Shown here in pieces: positions 27,792 through 36,702 of a stretch of DNA of 64,000 nucleotides. The translations under genes were made by a program, and so were the position numbers. The notes below the pieces were generated by a model, which saw only the letters and a program-made list of their open reading frames with translations, ran no database searches and was not told where the DNA came from. The DNA is from an uncultured virus (IMG/VR IMGVR_UViG_3300027973_000060) (lineage: Duplodnaviria; Heunggongvirae; Uroviricota; Caudoviricetes). Location: IMG/VR virus record IMGVR_UViG_3300027973_000060; one strand, given 5' to 3'. Within the stretch, counting starts at the first letter, position 1, and every line of letters begins with the position of its first letter.

Positions 27792-28453
27792 GTTTACGCG
27801 CAGATAGCTCAATAGTAGAGCTTCCCCTATTCCAAGGGGACGATGGAGGTGCAATTCCTACCTCTGCGCTCCAACTTAAATTCCGGGCCATAGGGTCCAA
27901 GACGATGAATGAAGTAGTCGTCGCCAACCACTACGCGCACCGGGCCGTGCCGTGCAACTGGTCGTTCGGGTGCTTCCATGGCAATGAACTGCTGGGAGTA
28001 ATCTCGTTCGGCAAACCCGCGTCGCCTCATCTATGCAGGGGCATATGCGGGGCAGAGAATGCGTCCAGGGTCTACGAGTTGAACAGATTGTGGCTCGACG
28101 ATCGGTGTCCTAAGAACTCTGAAAGCAGATTCATATCCTGGAGCATTCGAGAGTTAACAAAGTTGCGACCGTACTTGATCCTGGTTAGCTATGCAGACAC
28201 CGGGGCCGGGCACAATGGAATGATCTACTCGGCAACGAACTGGATCTATACCGGACTGTCCGACAAGAGATCTTCCGGGGACAAGGTGGTCGGCAACAAG
28301 CACAGCAGGCACTCGCGGACCATGGAAGAGGCAGTGATCGTTCCGCGGACCAGGAAGCATAGGTTTGTCTATTTCTGCAATCAGAAGGACAAGGCTTTAC
28401 TGAAATGGGAGATACAAAACTGGAAAGAATGGAAAGAATGGAGGGAAGAATGA
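27785..28453 (+). CDS. mom: Mom-family DNA adenine modification enzyme (GNAT fold)
   Basis: NHY..H, LLGVISFG.P, YELNRLW, KNSESRFIS, LVSYAD...GH.G.IY.ATNW.Y.G and KHRFVY motifs. Confidence 0.8.
   Translation: MVSLRADSSIVELPLFQGDDGGAIPTSALQLKFRAIGSKTMNEVVVANHYAHRAVPCNWSFGCFHGNELLGVISFGKPASPHLCRGICGAENASRVYELNRLWLDDRCPKNSESRFISWSIRELTKLRPYLILVSYADTGAGHNGMIYSATNWIYTGLSDKRSSGDKVVGNKHSRHSRTMEEAVIVPRTRKHRFVYFCNQKDKALLKWEIQNWKEWKEWREE
27798..27873 (+). tRNA. Non-canonical tRNA-Gly(TCC)-like element nested in the mom-like CDS
   Basis: 76 nt; acceptor GCGCAGA/TCTGCGC, T discriminator, encoded CCA; D arm GCTC/GAGC; TCC at positions 34-36; atypical T arm GGAGG-TGCAATT-CCTACC. Confidence 0.75.
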
Positions 28454-28647
28454 GTAAATCAATTGAATGTCCTAACTGTAGATGTGAGGTCCCGGTGGCG
28501 CTGTTCACGTCCAGAATCGGCAGGGTGAGGTCGGAGGCTAAGGCCAAGGCATCGATCGCTAATGGTAAGAAGGGTGGGGCGCCTAAAGGTAACAGGAATT
28601 GGGCCGGGAAAGAGCTCCCGGTGGTTGGTTTTAGTGCTCAAAACTAG
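28450..28647 (+). CDS. Small putative DNA-binding protein (CPNC plus AKAKASIANGKKGGAPK)
   Basis: ATGA coupling; basic NGKKGG.P motif. Confidence 0.6.
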   Translation: MSKSIECPNCRCEVPVALFTSRIGRVRSEAKAKASIANGKKGGAPKGNRNWAGKELPVVGFSAQN

Positions 28648-28678
28648 GCTAAAACAGCCATTTCGGGCTACTCTGTTA

Positions 28679-28975
28679 AACCCGGGTTCTACACTGTTTC
28701 ACCATTTCGTTCCCCTTATATGTATATAATGGTGAAACAGACCCCTGTTAGAGCGGGGGACTAAAGTCCCCCCGCTTCGCTGCGCTAGCGGTACCGCTCC
28801 AACCGCGGGGTCTTTTCAGTTTACCATATGCCTTTTTAATTCTTACCAGAAAGAATAGGTGAAACACGAAAGGCTTGCGCGTTGGCCCGGATGCAATACT
28901 TTGACGCAAGCCAGTTCTTATGGGGTGGGTTGGGGAACTGGCTGCGACCCGGGAGGGGTGAAAGTGGTTCCCGGG
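28679..28975. other. Non-coding palindrome-rich region, putative replication origin/control region
   Basis: 13-bp inverted repeat 28694-28706/28728-28740 around TATATGTATATA; third GGTGAAACA at 28858; GC hairpin 28752-28776; AGCGGTACCGCT 28787-28798. Confidence 0.55.
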
Positions 28976-29002
28976 CGCGGGGTTTTCTAACTACCGGGAG
29001 GG

Positions 29003-29206
29003 TTGCATGTGTCAGACGAAGCTAAAATCAAATCGATCATCGCTGAGAACGTTAAGCTCAAGTCAGCATGCTCATCGTTCTGGAAGTTGCTTACCAATTG
29101 CAACAGGAAGTGCAGCGACGAAGTTGGGGAGACGCTAGTTAATGAATGCATCTGGAAACTCCAGCGACTTGCCAATTACTACGAGTCCAAAGGATCTAGT
29201 CTCTGA
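29003..29206 (+). CDS. Hypothetical protein
   Basis: GGGAGG SD; ORF precedes terS; start uncertain. Confidence 0.45.
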   Translation: MHVSDEAKIKSIIAENVKLKSACSSFWKLLTNCNRKCSDEVGETLVNECIWKLQRLANYYESKGSSL

Positions 29207-29804
29207 TCCGATCCCGGCCATAGTGCCGAGGCAAAAGAAGCGCAGGATGAAGCTGCGCGTTCCCGAGAAGAAGATTGAGAAGGTGGATGAGAAGCGCCTG
29301 GACAAAGAGCGCAGACTCATGAATGAAGTTCCGAATTACATCCCGGACGTTGAACTAGGCGCCAGGGGATTGCCCAAGATTACCGAGGAGCACCTGACAA
29401 TAGTCGAGACTGCGCTGAGTAAAGGGTTCCCATATGCCATGATTGCGGACTTACTTGGAATCGCAAAGTCCACGCTATCAGCATTCCTATCCGCCAGGCC
29501 CCACATCACCGAACGCTTAAAAAAAGCAGAGTCGCTCCACATCACCCGCGCGTTGGAAGTCATTGACAGGGCGGCAGAAAAGGGGACCTGGCAAGCGGCC
29601 GCATGGCGCATCGAACGCAGGGCTCAGGAGCATTTCGGTCAGCAGGCAAGAGTCCAGGTCGGAGGATCGGTGGCGAACGTACATTTTACCGCGGCCGACG
29701 CTGCGCTGTTAGTCAACGCAAACAAAATTAAGTATGCCGGGAAGTCGGGGTCGAAGTCTGTTATTGAGGCAAATACCACACAAGACTCATTGTGCGACAA
29801 ATGA
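29142..29804 (+). CDS. terS: Terminase small subunit
   Basis: HTH (IADLLGIAKSTLS), WQAAAWRIERR..E.FG motif, directly upstream of terL. Confidence 0.75.
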   Translation: MNASGNSSDLPITTSPKDLVSDPIPAIVPRQKKRRMKLRVPEKKIEKVDEKRLDKERRLMNEVPNYIPDVELGARGLPKITEEHLTIVETALSKGFPYAMIADLLGIAKSTLSAFLSARPHITERLKKAESLHITRALEVIDRAAEKGTWQAAAWRIERRAQEHFGQQARVQVGGSVANVHFTAADAALLVNANKIKYAGKSGSKSVIEANTTQDSLCDK

Positions 29805-29837
29805 AACGACCAATATTAGAATTATATTATATGGGGT

Positions 29838-31397
29838 TTGGAAGTCAATAAAATTGTGAAGACGACACCCCAGGAAAATCCGACCCCCCACGACACCCCC
29901 CCCGGGGGGCCCCCACCACGCGCGCGCGCGCGCGCGACCCCCATCAGAAATTCGGCTAGAAATAAAAAGGGGTCATCGAAACCCGGCCCGGCATCCAAGG
30001 TTGACGAACAGGCTACCCCGGCAGGATTCGCGGAGGGCGTGCTCAGATTAAACCTATACCCCTGGCAAAAAGAGGTCATGAATAACCTGGCCCCGATCTA
30101 TAGCAGGGTAGCGCTGGTGGCTGCGAACGGTTCCGGCAAGACGTCAAATGTCATCGCCCCGGCCCTGGTCTGGCACATGGTATGCTTTGAGGAGTCTCTG
30201 AGCGTCGTTACAGCGTCTGTGTATCGCCAAGTGGAATCCGTACTCTGGCCTGCGATTAAAGCCCTTCTAAGGCCCTTCGGCGACATGGTTGAGGTCACCA
30301 GTGGGGAAATCCGCTTCAAGCACGCCTCGGGGCGTATAAGCCGAATTTTGGGGTTTACAGCAGGCAATGACAACGAGTCAGCAGGCAGAGCGGAGGGTTT
30401 CCACGCTGCGAACCATGAAAGCGCTCCCCTTCTGTACGTTGTCGACGAAGCCAAGACCGTCCAAGATCCGATCTACGTTTCAGTGTTTCGGTGCCAACCA
30501 ACTAGATTACTAGTCGCCAGTTCGCCGGGGGCTCCGGTAGGTCAGTTCTACCGATGCTTTACAAAGGAGGCAGATCTGTGGAAAAAGACCCGGGCGACAG
30601 CCTGGGACTGTCCCCATATCAGCCCTTTGTACATACAAGAAATTCAGCAACGCTACGGCATCAACAGCCCATTTACTCAGTCGATGCTCAAGGCAGAATT
30701 TATGGACTTGGGCGAAGAGCGCCTGGTCGTGAGCTTAGGCAGCTACGACAATTGCGTAAACAACCCTCCTGTCCCTAATGGAACAGACAGGGCAGCTGGC
30801 ATTGACTTTTCCGCGGGTGGCGACGAGAACGTGATCGCAATCCGGGAGGGCAACCGAATCCTTCCGCTGATCACATGGCGCGAAAGAGACACGATGGCAA
30901 CGGTCGGGCGGATCATTATGGAGCTAAAGAAAGCCGGGGTTAAGCCGGAGCAAGTATTCGCCGATGCCGGGGGCCTGGGTCTGCCGATGTGCGACGCGCT
31001 GAGCGAAGCTGGGTGGACCGTGAATCGGATTAACTTTGGTGGCAACGCCAGGGACAACGACGCGTATCAGAACAAGGGTTCCGAGATGTGGCACAGGCTG
31101 GCCCGGAAGATCGACACTTGCGACATCATCCTGCCCGAAGACGATATTCTCAAAAGCCAACTAGTGACCAGGAGAGCTCAAGCCACGTCCCGCGGGAAGC
31201 TGGGCCTGGAGTCAAAAGACGCAATGCGGTCTAGGGGGGTGGCATCTCCGGACAGGGCCGACGCGGTCGCAATGGCATGCGACAACTCTGGGATTGACTA
31301 CGACTTGACAATGGCATACACGCGTCCATCTTTGCTTGAACTAATGAAGCAGGCATCCGCGGACAACGAAATGTCCGGCTGGGATGTCGGGGGATAA
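29838..31397 (+). CDS. terL: Terminase large subunit (start uncertain)
   Basis: LYPWQ, Walker A AANGSGKT, VVDEA, nuclease GIDF..GDE and SPDRADA. Confidence 0.92.
   Translation: MEVNKIVKTTPQENPTPHDTPPGGPPPRARARATPIRNSARNKKGSSKPGPASKVDEQATPAGFAEGVLRLNLYPWQKEVMNNLAPIYSRVALVAANGSGKTSNVIAPALVWHMVCFEESLSVVTASVYRQVESVLWPAIKALLRPFGDMVEVTSGEIRFKHASGRISRILGFTAGNDNESAGRAEGFHAANHESAPLLYVVDEAKTVQDPIYVSVFRCQPTRLLVASSPGAPVGQFYRCFTKEADLWKKTRATAWDCPHISPLYIQEIQQRYGINSPFTQSMLKAEFMDLGEERLVVSLGSYDNCVNNPPVPNGTDRAAGIDFSAGGDENVIAIREGNRILPLITWRERDTMATVGRIIMELKKAGVKPEQVFADAGGLGLPMCDALSEAGWTVNRINFGGNARDNDAYQNKGSEMWHRLARKIDTCDIILPEDDILKSQLVTRRAQATSRGKLGLESKDAMRSRGVASPDRADAVAMACDNSGIDYDLTMAYTRPSLLELMKQASADNEMSGWDVGG
29884..29942. 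repeat. C-run / C8G6C5 / (CG)9 low-complexity tract
   Basis: (CG)9 at 29919-29936; C runs at 29884, 29896, 29910 and 29938. Confidence 0.9.
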
Positions 31398-31414
31398 ACC
31401 GGGAGGAAAACAAC

Positions 31415-31576
31415 ATGAACTGGAAAACAACTGCAACTGGAGTTTTGTCAATCGTAGTAGCTATTGCTGGGGCAGCGGTGGAATTTTTGAAGACAGGCAA
31501 AGTGCCTGACCTTGGAATACTCATCGCCGCGATCATCGCCGGAGTCGGGTTGATCAAGGCTGCCGACGCAAAATAA
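31415..31576 (+). CDS. Holin (53 aa, two TM segments)
   Basis: MNWKTTATGVL..GVGLIKAAD; GGAGG SD; precedes the spanins. Confidence 0.75.
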   Translation: MNWKTTATGVLSIVVAIAGAAVEFLKTGKVPDLGILIAAIIAGVGLIKAADAK

Positions 31577-31582
31577 CATTTT

Positions 31583-31807
31583 GTGTTTTCGTGGATTGGC
31601 GCTCTTATCGAATTGCTCAAGGCAATTGTAGGATTGTTCCCCGGGGAACGTGAGCGCAATGAGTCTGCGATTAGGAAAGAATGGGCGGAGGGTCGTAGTA
31701 GGATTGATTCTGCCTTTGGCACTAGCACTTGGTGGATGCGCAACCGTAGACCCAGTGGTGAGAACGTCGGGGAACGCGGACAGACTTCTGAACGACCCAA
31801 GGTTTGA
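31583..31807 (+). CDS. Putative inner-membrane spanin (Rz-like)
   Basis: N-terminal hydrophobic helix; overlaps a lipoprotein ORF in another frame. Confidence 0.55.
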   Translation: MFSWIGALIELLKAIVGLFPGERERNESAIRKEWAEGRSRIDSAFGTSTWWMRNRRPSGENVGERGQTSERPKV

Positions 31808-31919
31808 AGAGGTCACAAGATCTACCCCTAACGTTCAATCCTGGGCATACGACGCAATCAACACGGTAAACGATTTAGAATACGAAGTAAGGGTAAGGAA
31901 TAATGGAACCAATAAATAA
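31659..31919 (+). CDS. Putative outer-membrane spanin lipoprotein (Rz1-like)
   Basis: Basic N-region and LALALGGC lipobox. Confidence 0.7.
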   Translation: MSLRLGKNGRRVVVGLILPLALALGGCATVDPVVRTSGNADRLLNDPRFEEVTRSTPNVQSWAYDAINTVNDLEYEVRVRNNGTNK

Positions 31920-33810
31920 CGAACTTCATACGCGCATCCTCCGGGATCTGAAGAACCGCGCGACATGGGACGCCCGGCAGAGGCAGTTCTATGAGATGCG
32001 CACGTTCGGAATGCGTCGGAAGGTTAAGCCATGGCCCACCGCGGCGGACATGCACGTCGCGCTGATTGATCGTATTATCGAAAGACTCAAACCCAACTAT
32101 GTCAACTCAGCCCTTGGCAACGACGTCGTCGCCGGGTTTGTTCCTATGCGCCAGCAGTTGGTTCCGCTTACCGTTACGGCAGAACGATACTTTGACTACA
32201 AGATCCGGGAGCGCACCGCATTTCAATTTGAGATCGTTCGCCTAATTGACGACATGCTCTTGTTCGGTCGGGCAGTACTCAAATCAATTTGGGACGAGGG
32301 CAAGAAGGAGATCATTTTCCAGGCGATTGATCCGACCAGGTTCATTGTGCCGGACCAGACCGTCGCCCTGGACGACGCCGATTATCTTTGTCACGTCATG
32401 GTGCTATCGGTGGAGCAGTATAAGCGCGTAGCGGCCTACAACCAAGACGAGGATTTCATCAAAAGGATTGCTGGACGCGGAACCAAGTTCGAGGGCATTA
32501 ATACCGAAAAGGAACAGGCAGTTTACCAGCGCGAAGGCATTACCTACGACTCTCGCCCAGACCGGATCATTCTTTGGGAGATCTACACCAGGAACGAAGA
32601 CGACGAGTGGAACGTTGCGACGTACTCGCCCCTAGCGACAACTGACCCGGTGCGTGAAGATTTTGTCCTTCCCTACAAGCACAAGCAGTGCCCATTCACA
32701 GAGTTTAGCTATGAGTTGACCAACGGAGGATTCTACTCATCCCGCGGACTTGCAGAGATCTTGGCTGCCAATGAGATGACCCTGGCGAAGTTAAAGAACT
32801 CCATGCTCGACTTCTTGGAACTGGCGAACCGTCCGTTGTTCCAGGCCGACAATCCTGTCTCCCTCAACATGGCGAATCTGAAAATGCAGCCCGGGCAAAT
32901 CCTGCCCCAGGGCATCAAGCCTGTTCAGATGACGACCCCTCCGATGGACTTCATGCGAGTCATGTACGACGAACGTGCAGAGGCGGAGCAGAGAGTTGGA
33001 ACAATCGATTTTGGCGTAGGCAACAACCCCTCGGAACCCGGTAGCTCCAGAAAAACAGCAACTGAAATTCAAGCGTTGGTGAACACCGGGTCCGCGGGTG
33101 CTGATTTAAGAAACCGTCTGTTCCGCATGTCGCTAGGTCGCCTGTTCCGTCAGTGCTGGTCGATCTATCTGCAGTACGACAAGAAGGATCTGAACTTTCG
33201 CTATGCTGAAGATACCGGGACCGTACCCCCGGAAGCATTGCACGAACAGTATTCGATCATGCCCAAGGGTGGGTACGATTTCCAGACTCGCCAGTTTCAA
33301 TTGCAAAAGGCAGTAGCCCGGATGCAACTGCTCGGTCAGTCTCCGTTCATTAACCAGGCCGAACTTGTTAAGTCCGTGCTCGAGCTCGACGATCCCAGCT
33401 TGGTACGTCGTCTGGTCCAGGACCCGATGATGAACCAACAGGAGCAGAGGGAAGAGCAGGCGAAGGAACTCGCCGCGATGATGACGACCGCGTTCCCGAT
33501 TGCGATCAAACCGACCGACGATCACCGGGCCCATCTTGAGATCATCTTTGACTTCCAGCAAGCGGCCGAAAAAGGATTCCGCCAGGTTGACCAGGCTACA
33601 GCACAGGCGATCGGTCAGCATTTGGATCAGCACTTGCAGGCGTTGGAACAGATCGATCCGAACACTGCCAGGGCGATTACTGCCGAGCTCAAGAAAATGA
33701 ACAAGGCGAAACAGCAACAGCAGGGAGAACTGCAGGGCGCGCAGGGGCAACTCCCGCCCCCGGGAATGACTGGACAAATGCCTCCCGAGATGGCACAACC
33801 GATGGCGTGA
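31903..33810 (+). CDS. Portal protein
   Basis: 635 aa after terL; CPF..GFY..GL.E and KTATEI motifs; Q-rich tail. Confidence 0.85.
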   Translation: MEPINNELHTRILRDLKNRATWDARQRQFYEMRTFGMRRKVKPWPTAADMHVALIDRIIERLKPNYVNSALGNDVVAGFVPMRQQLVPLTVTAERYFDYKIRERTAFQFEIVRLIDDMLLFGRAVLKSIWDEGKKEIIFQAIDPTRFIVPDQTVALDDADYLCHVMVLSVEQYKRVAAYNQDEDFIKRIAGRGTKFEGINTEKEQAVYQREGITYDSRPDRIILWEIYTRNEDDEWNVATYSPLATTDPVREDFVLPYKHKQCPFTEFSYELTNGGFYSSRGLAEILAANEMTLAKLKNSMLDFLELANRPLFQADNPVSLNMANLKMQPGQILPQGIKPVQMTTPPMDFMRVMYDERAEAEQRVGTIDFGVGNNPSEPGSSRKTATEIQALVNTGSAGADLRNRLFRMSLGRLFRQCWSIYLQYDKKDLNFRYAEDTGTVPPEALHEQYSIMPKGGYDFQTRQFQLQKAVARMQLLGQSPFINQAELVKSVLELDDPSLVRRLVQDPMMNQQEQREEQAKELAAMMTTAFPIAIKPTDDHRAHLEIIFDFQQAAEKGFRQVDQATAQAIGQHLDQHLQALEQIDPNTARAITAELKKMNKAKQQQQGELQGAQGQLPPPGMTGQMPPEMAQPMA

Positions 33811-34331
33811 TAGCGCTGATGAGACCAGAAGAGCAATTAAAAGCTCTTCATGCATTATATGCCTGGGCAAACGAATCCGGAGCCAATGAATCTGCAGTTG
33901 AGGTTGGTACATTTTCAGGTGAGAACGCGGTGGTCATGGCCCAATATTTCAAAAGCGTAGTCACGGTTGATCCTTGGGCGAATGGATACGACAAAGACGA
34001 TCACGCCTCGAATGCGGATATGGCAGAGGTTGAGAAAAAGTATTTTGAGCGTACCAAAGATCTCAAAAATATTTCACACCTAAAACTCACTAGCCTAGAA
34101 GCCTCTGGCAAGTTTGAGGACGCATCCTTGGATTTTGTGTACCTAGACGGAGACCATCAGACAGATGCCGTAGTCGCGGACATCGACGCTTGGAAACCAA
34201 AGATCAGAAAAGGTGGCATTCTTGCGGGGCACGACATTAATGTGGAAAAGGTGCATAATGCTCTAAGGCAAAGACTTAATGGAGTTGCTGCGAAGTTATT
34301 CAAGGATAGTTCATGGGGGATAATCATATGA
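33807..34331 (+). CDS. Class I SAM-dependent methyltransferase (Methyltransf_24-like)
   Basis: VEVGTFSG, VDPW, LDFVYLDGDH and GGILAGHD motifs. Confidence 0.85.
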   Translation: MIALMRPEEQLKALHALYAWANESGANESAVEVGTFSGENAVVMAQYFKSVVTVDPWANGYDKDDHASNADMAEVEKKYFERTKDLKNISHLKLTSLEASGKFEDASLDFVYLDGDHQTDAVVADIDAWKPKIRKGGILAGHDINVEKVHNALRQRLNGVAAKLFKDSSWGIII

Positions 34332-34615
34332 CAAAACTAAGAGCAATATTAAACTTTATACGCTTTACCAAGTGGGTAGACGAACCCGAGTGGACCGAGG
34401 AGGACGCCAGGTCACTCGGCAGTTTTATGAGATCAGAGCATGGCGTAAGGTTCGCCGCGATTCTCAGGAACATGACCATTAGGCAAGATTCTAGCGCAGT
34501 TCAAAAAGGCGACTTGACAGCCTGTGGGTTTGCCATAGGTTTCAGATCTGCAGTGGCAGTTATCGATTCCCTTGGAATTGATGCCACTCATCCCGCGGGA
34601 GGGGCAGACGACTAG
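34328..34615 (+). CDS. Hypothetical head-module protein
   Basis: ATGA-coupled ORF between portal and scaffold. Confidence 0.6.
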   Translation: MTKLRAILNFIRFTKWVDEPEWTEEDARSLGSFMRSEHGVRFAAILRNMTIRQDSSAVQKGDLTACGFAIGFRSAVAVIDSLGIDATHPAGGADD

Positions 34616-34697
34616 AGGTTACCCGCGGAGTACATAGACTAGTCACAATCCCGCCTGAGATCGTTAACCATCTCGGGGCTGGAGTAAAGGGGTTAGC

Positions 34698-35654
34698 ATG
34701 GGTAATGGAATAGAACTGACGGCGGAATCGTTACGAAGAGCGGCCATGATTGAGGATGGGATTATCCCTCCAGATAGAGTGGAAGCAAAACCGGAAGCGA
34801 CACCAACGTCGGAACCAGTGGAGAAGATCGAGTCGAACCCCACGTCGACGACAGAACCTAAAACAGAAAATTCGCCTTCTACGACCGAAGTCGTGGACAA
34901 AAAAGGTGATAGTTCTTTAACAACGACAGAGTCTGAGAGTCCGGTTGAGTCATCCGACAAGGCCAAGGAACCCAGCAAGTACGAGAAGCTAAAGAACCGC
35001 CAGCAGAAAGAATGGGATGCCATTCAGCAAGCTAAGGCGGAATCTAAGGCCGAAAAGGAACGCTTGGAACGTGAGCGCCAGGAATTCATGCGCGAACGTG
35101 ATGAGGCGCGGAAGGCAGACCAGGAGAGACCAGCAGGCAAGTTCGACGCGACCGACTACCGAAACGCTGCGAAGCAGTTCCGGGAAGAGGGTCGAGAAGA
35201 TCTAGCCGAGCAGGCCGATAAGAGAGCTCAAGAGGTTGAAAAGTACGAAGTACAATCTCAAGAGAGAAAAGTTAAGGAGATGGGCGAGAAGGCTTGGAAC
35301 GAGAATCTAAACAGATTGGTTGATAAGCATCCAGATCTAAAGGATTCAAATTCAAACCTACATAAAAAAGTAGCAGAACTACTTAATTCAAAAGCAGTCC
35401 TTCGCCAGTATCCTGACGGCATCGTCGATGCAGTCGAGATCGCACAGCTTGCTCTTAAAACGGATAACTCAACCGGATTAGCAGATGAAGTCGAAAAGCT
35501 CCGCAAAGAAAATGCGGAGTTCAAAAAACGTTTACAACCTGGAGTTGGTTCACCGTCAACCCCGGCGCCTAAGAAGCAGTTTAAGGATTTATCCGTAGCT
35601 GAACAAGGTGTCGAACTTCGCCGAATGGCGATGGAATTTGACGACGCTAACTAA
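34698..35654 (+). CDS. Capsid scaffolding protein
   Basis: Acidic disordered N-terminus and coiled coil, directly upstream of MCP. Confidence 0.75.
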   Translation: MGNGIELTAESLRRAAMIEDGIIPPDRVEAKPEATPTSEPVEKIESNPTSTTEPKTENSPSTTEVVDKKGDSSLTTTESESPVESSDKAKEPSKYEKLKNRQQKEWDAIQQAKAESKAEKERLERERQEFMRERDEARKADQERPAGKFDATDYRNAAKQFREEGREDLAEQADKRAQEVEKYEVQSQERKVKEMGEKAWNENLNRLVDKHPDLKDSNSNLHKKVAELLNSKAVLRQYPDGIVDAVEIAQLALKTDNSTGLADEVEKLRKENAEFKKRLQPGVGSPSTPAPKKQFKDLSVAEQGVELRRMAMEFDDAN

Positions 35655-35681
35655 GGTTTAGACAACAGGAGATAAAATTAT

Positions 35682-36698
35682 ATGGCACTAGTAACCTCTG
35701 GCTCGCTTGCAGCGGCCTACCAGGAGTACTTCTCGAAAGAGTTGCTCCAACGTCAATTGCCCATCCTTCAGATGGAACAATTCGGAATGAAAGCGGCGCT
35801 TCCCCGGAAAAACGGAAACAAGCAGATTCGCTTTTTTAGATACGACAACCCGAGCATTAGCTCGATCATCGAAGTAACGTCGGAAGGCACAAACCCTGGA
35901 AATAACGAACGTCAGTTGACTCTGTCGACTGTACAGGCATCATTGCAACAGTTTGCCAGCTTGGTCAAGCTGTCTGATATCTTGCAAGCCACAAACTTGT
36001 TTGATTCCATGGCACAGGCCACGACTCAATTGGCGGAAGATCATGCGTTGCATGCCGACACATTGGTGCACCGTGTGCTCACGACCGGAACTACCTCCGG
36101 AACTGGCACTCTGTCCACCTCGGTCCGCTACGCGCAGAACAGCAACTCGACGGCATTCATCGCCGCGACTGCAGCCAACTCGTCATTCACGGCACTCGAC
36201 TTGCTCGATTCCGTGACTGCTCTCCGAGTTGACAAGGCTCCTACAATCAAAGGCGGATACGTCCTGGTTGCAGATCCTCGTACTGCTCGTTCGATCCTCA
36301 ACGATGACGACTATATCCAGGCTCATCGTTACTCGAACGTGGATAGCTTGCTGAAGGGTGAAGTTGGAACGTACTACGGAGTGAAGACTCTGTTGTCGCA
36401 CAACATCCTGTCCTTCGGCTCTGCTTCTGCTAATGCCATCTCTGGCACTGCGGCAGCGTCCTACAACTCCAGCACTGCGCCTTTCTTGGCGAACATTGTG
36501 CTCGGTGACCAGGCATTCGGCGTACCTAGCCTCACAGGCGACTCGCCCTATAGCCCCAAGGTCCTAATTGCAGAAGGTCCTGACAAGTCCGACCCTCTGG
36601 ATTTGGTAACCTCGGTCGCTGTCAAAACGTACTACACCGCGATTCAGTTGAACGGAGCGTTCTACCGAGTCGTGTTTAGTCGTTCTGAAGTCAGCTAA
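35682..36698 (+). CDS. Major capsid protein (N4 gp56-like)
   Basis: LP..NG.K.I.F.RY, EG..P, GEVG.Y.GV, V.G..AFG and DKSDPL motifs. Confidence 0.88.
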   Translation: MALVTSGSLAAAYQEYFSKELLQRQLPILQMEQFGMKAALPRKNGNKQIRFFRYDNPSISSIIEVTSEGTNPGNNERQLTLSTVQASLQQFASLVKLSDILQATNLFDSMAQATTQLAEDHALHADTLVHRVLTTGTTSGTGTLSTSVRYAQNSNSTAFIAATAANSSFTALDLLDSVTALRVDKAPTIKGGYVLVADPRTARSILNDDDYIQAHRYSNVDSLLKGEVGTYYGVKTLLSHNILSFGSASANAISGTAAASYNSSTAPFLANIVLGDQAFGVPSLTGDSPYSPKVLIAEGPDKSDPLDLVTSVAVKTYYTAIQLNGAFYRVVFSRSEVS

Positions 36699-36702
36699 TT
36701 AA

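Noticed and set aside
27798..27873. tRNA-like element as an attP remnant or ordinary decoding tRNA
   Set aside because: No integrase, full length rather than a 3' fragment, non-canonical T arm, and it overlaps a CDS in frame.
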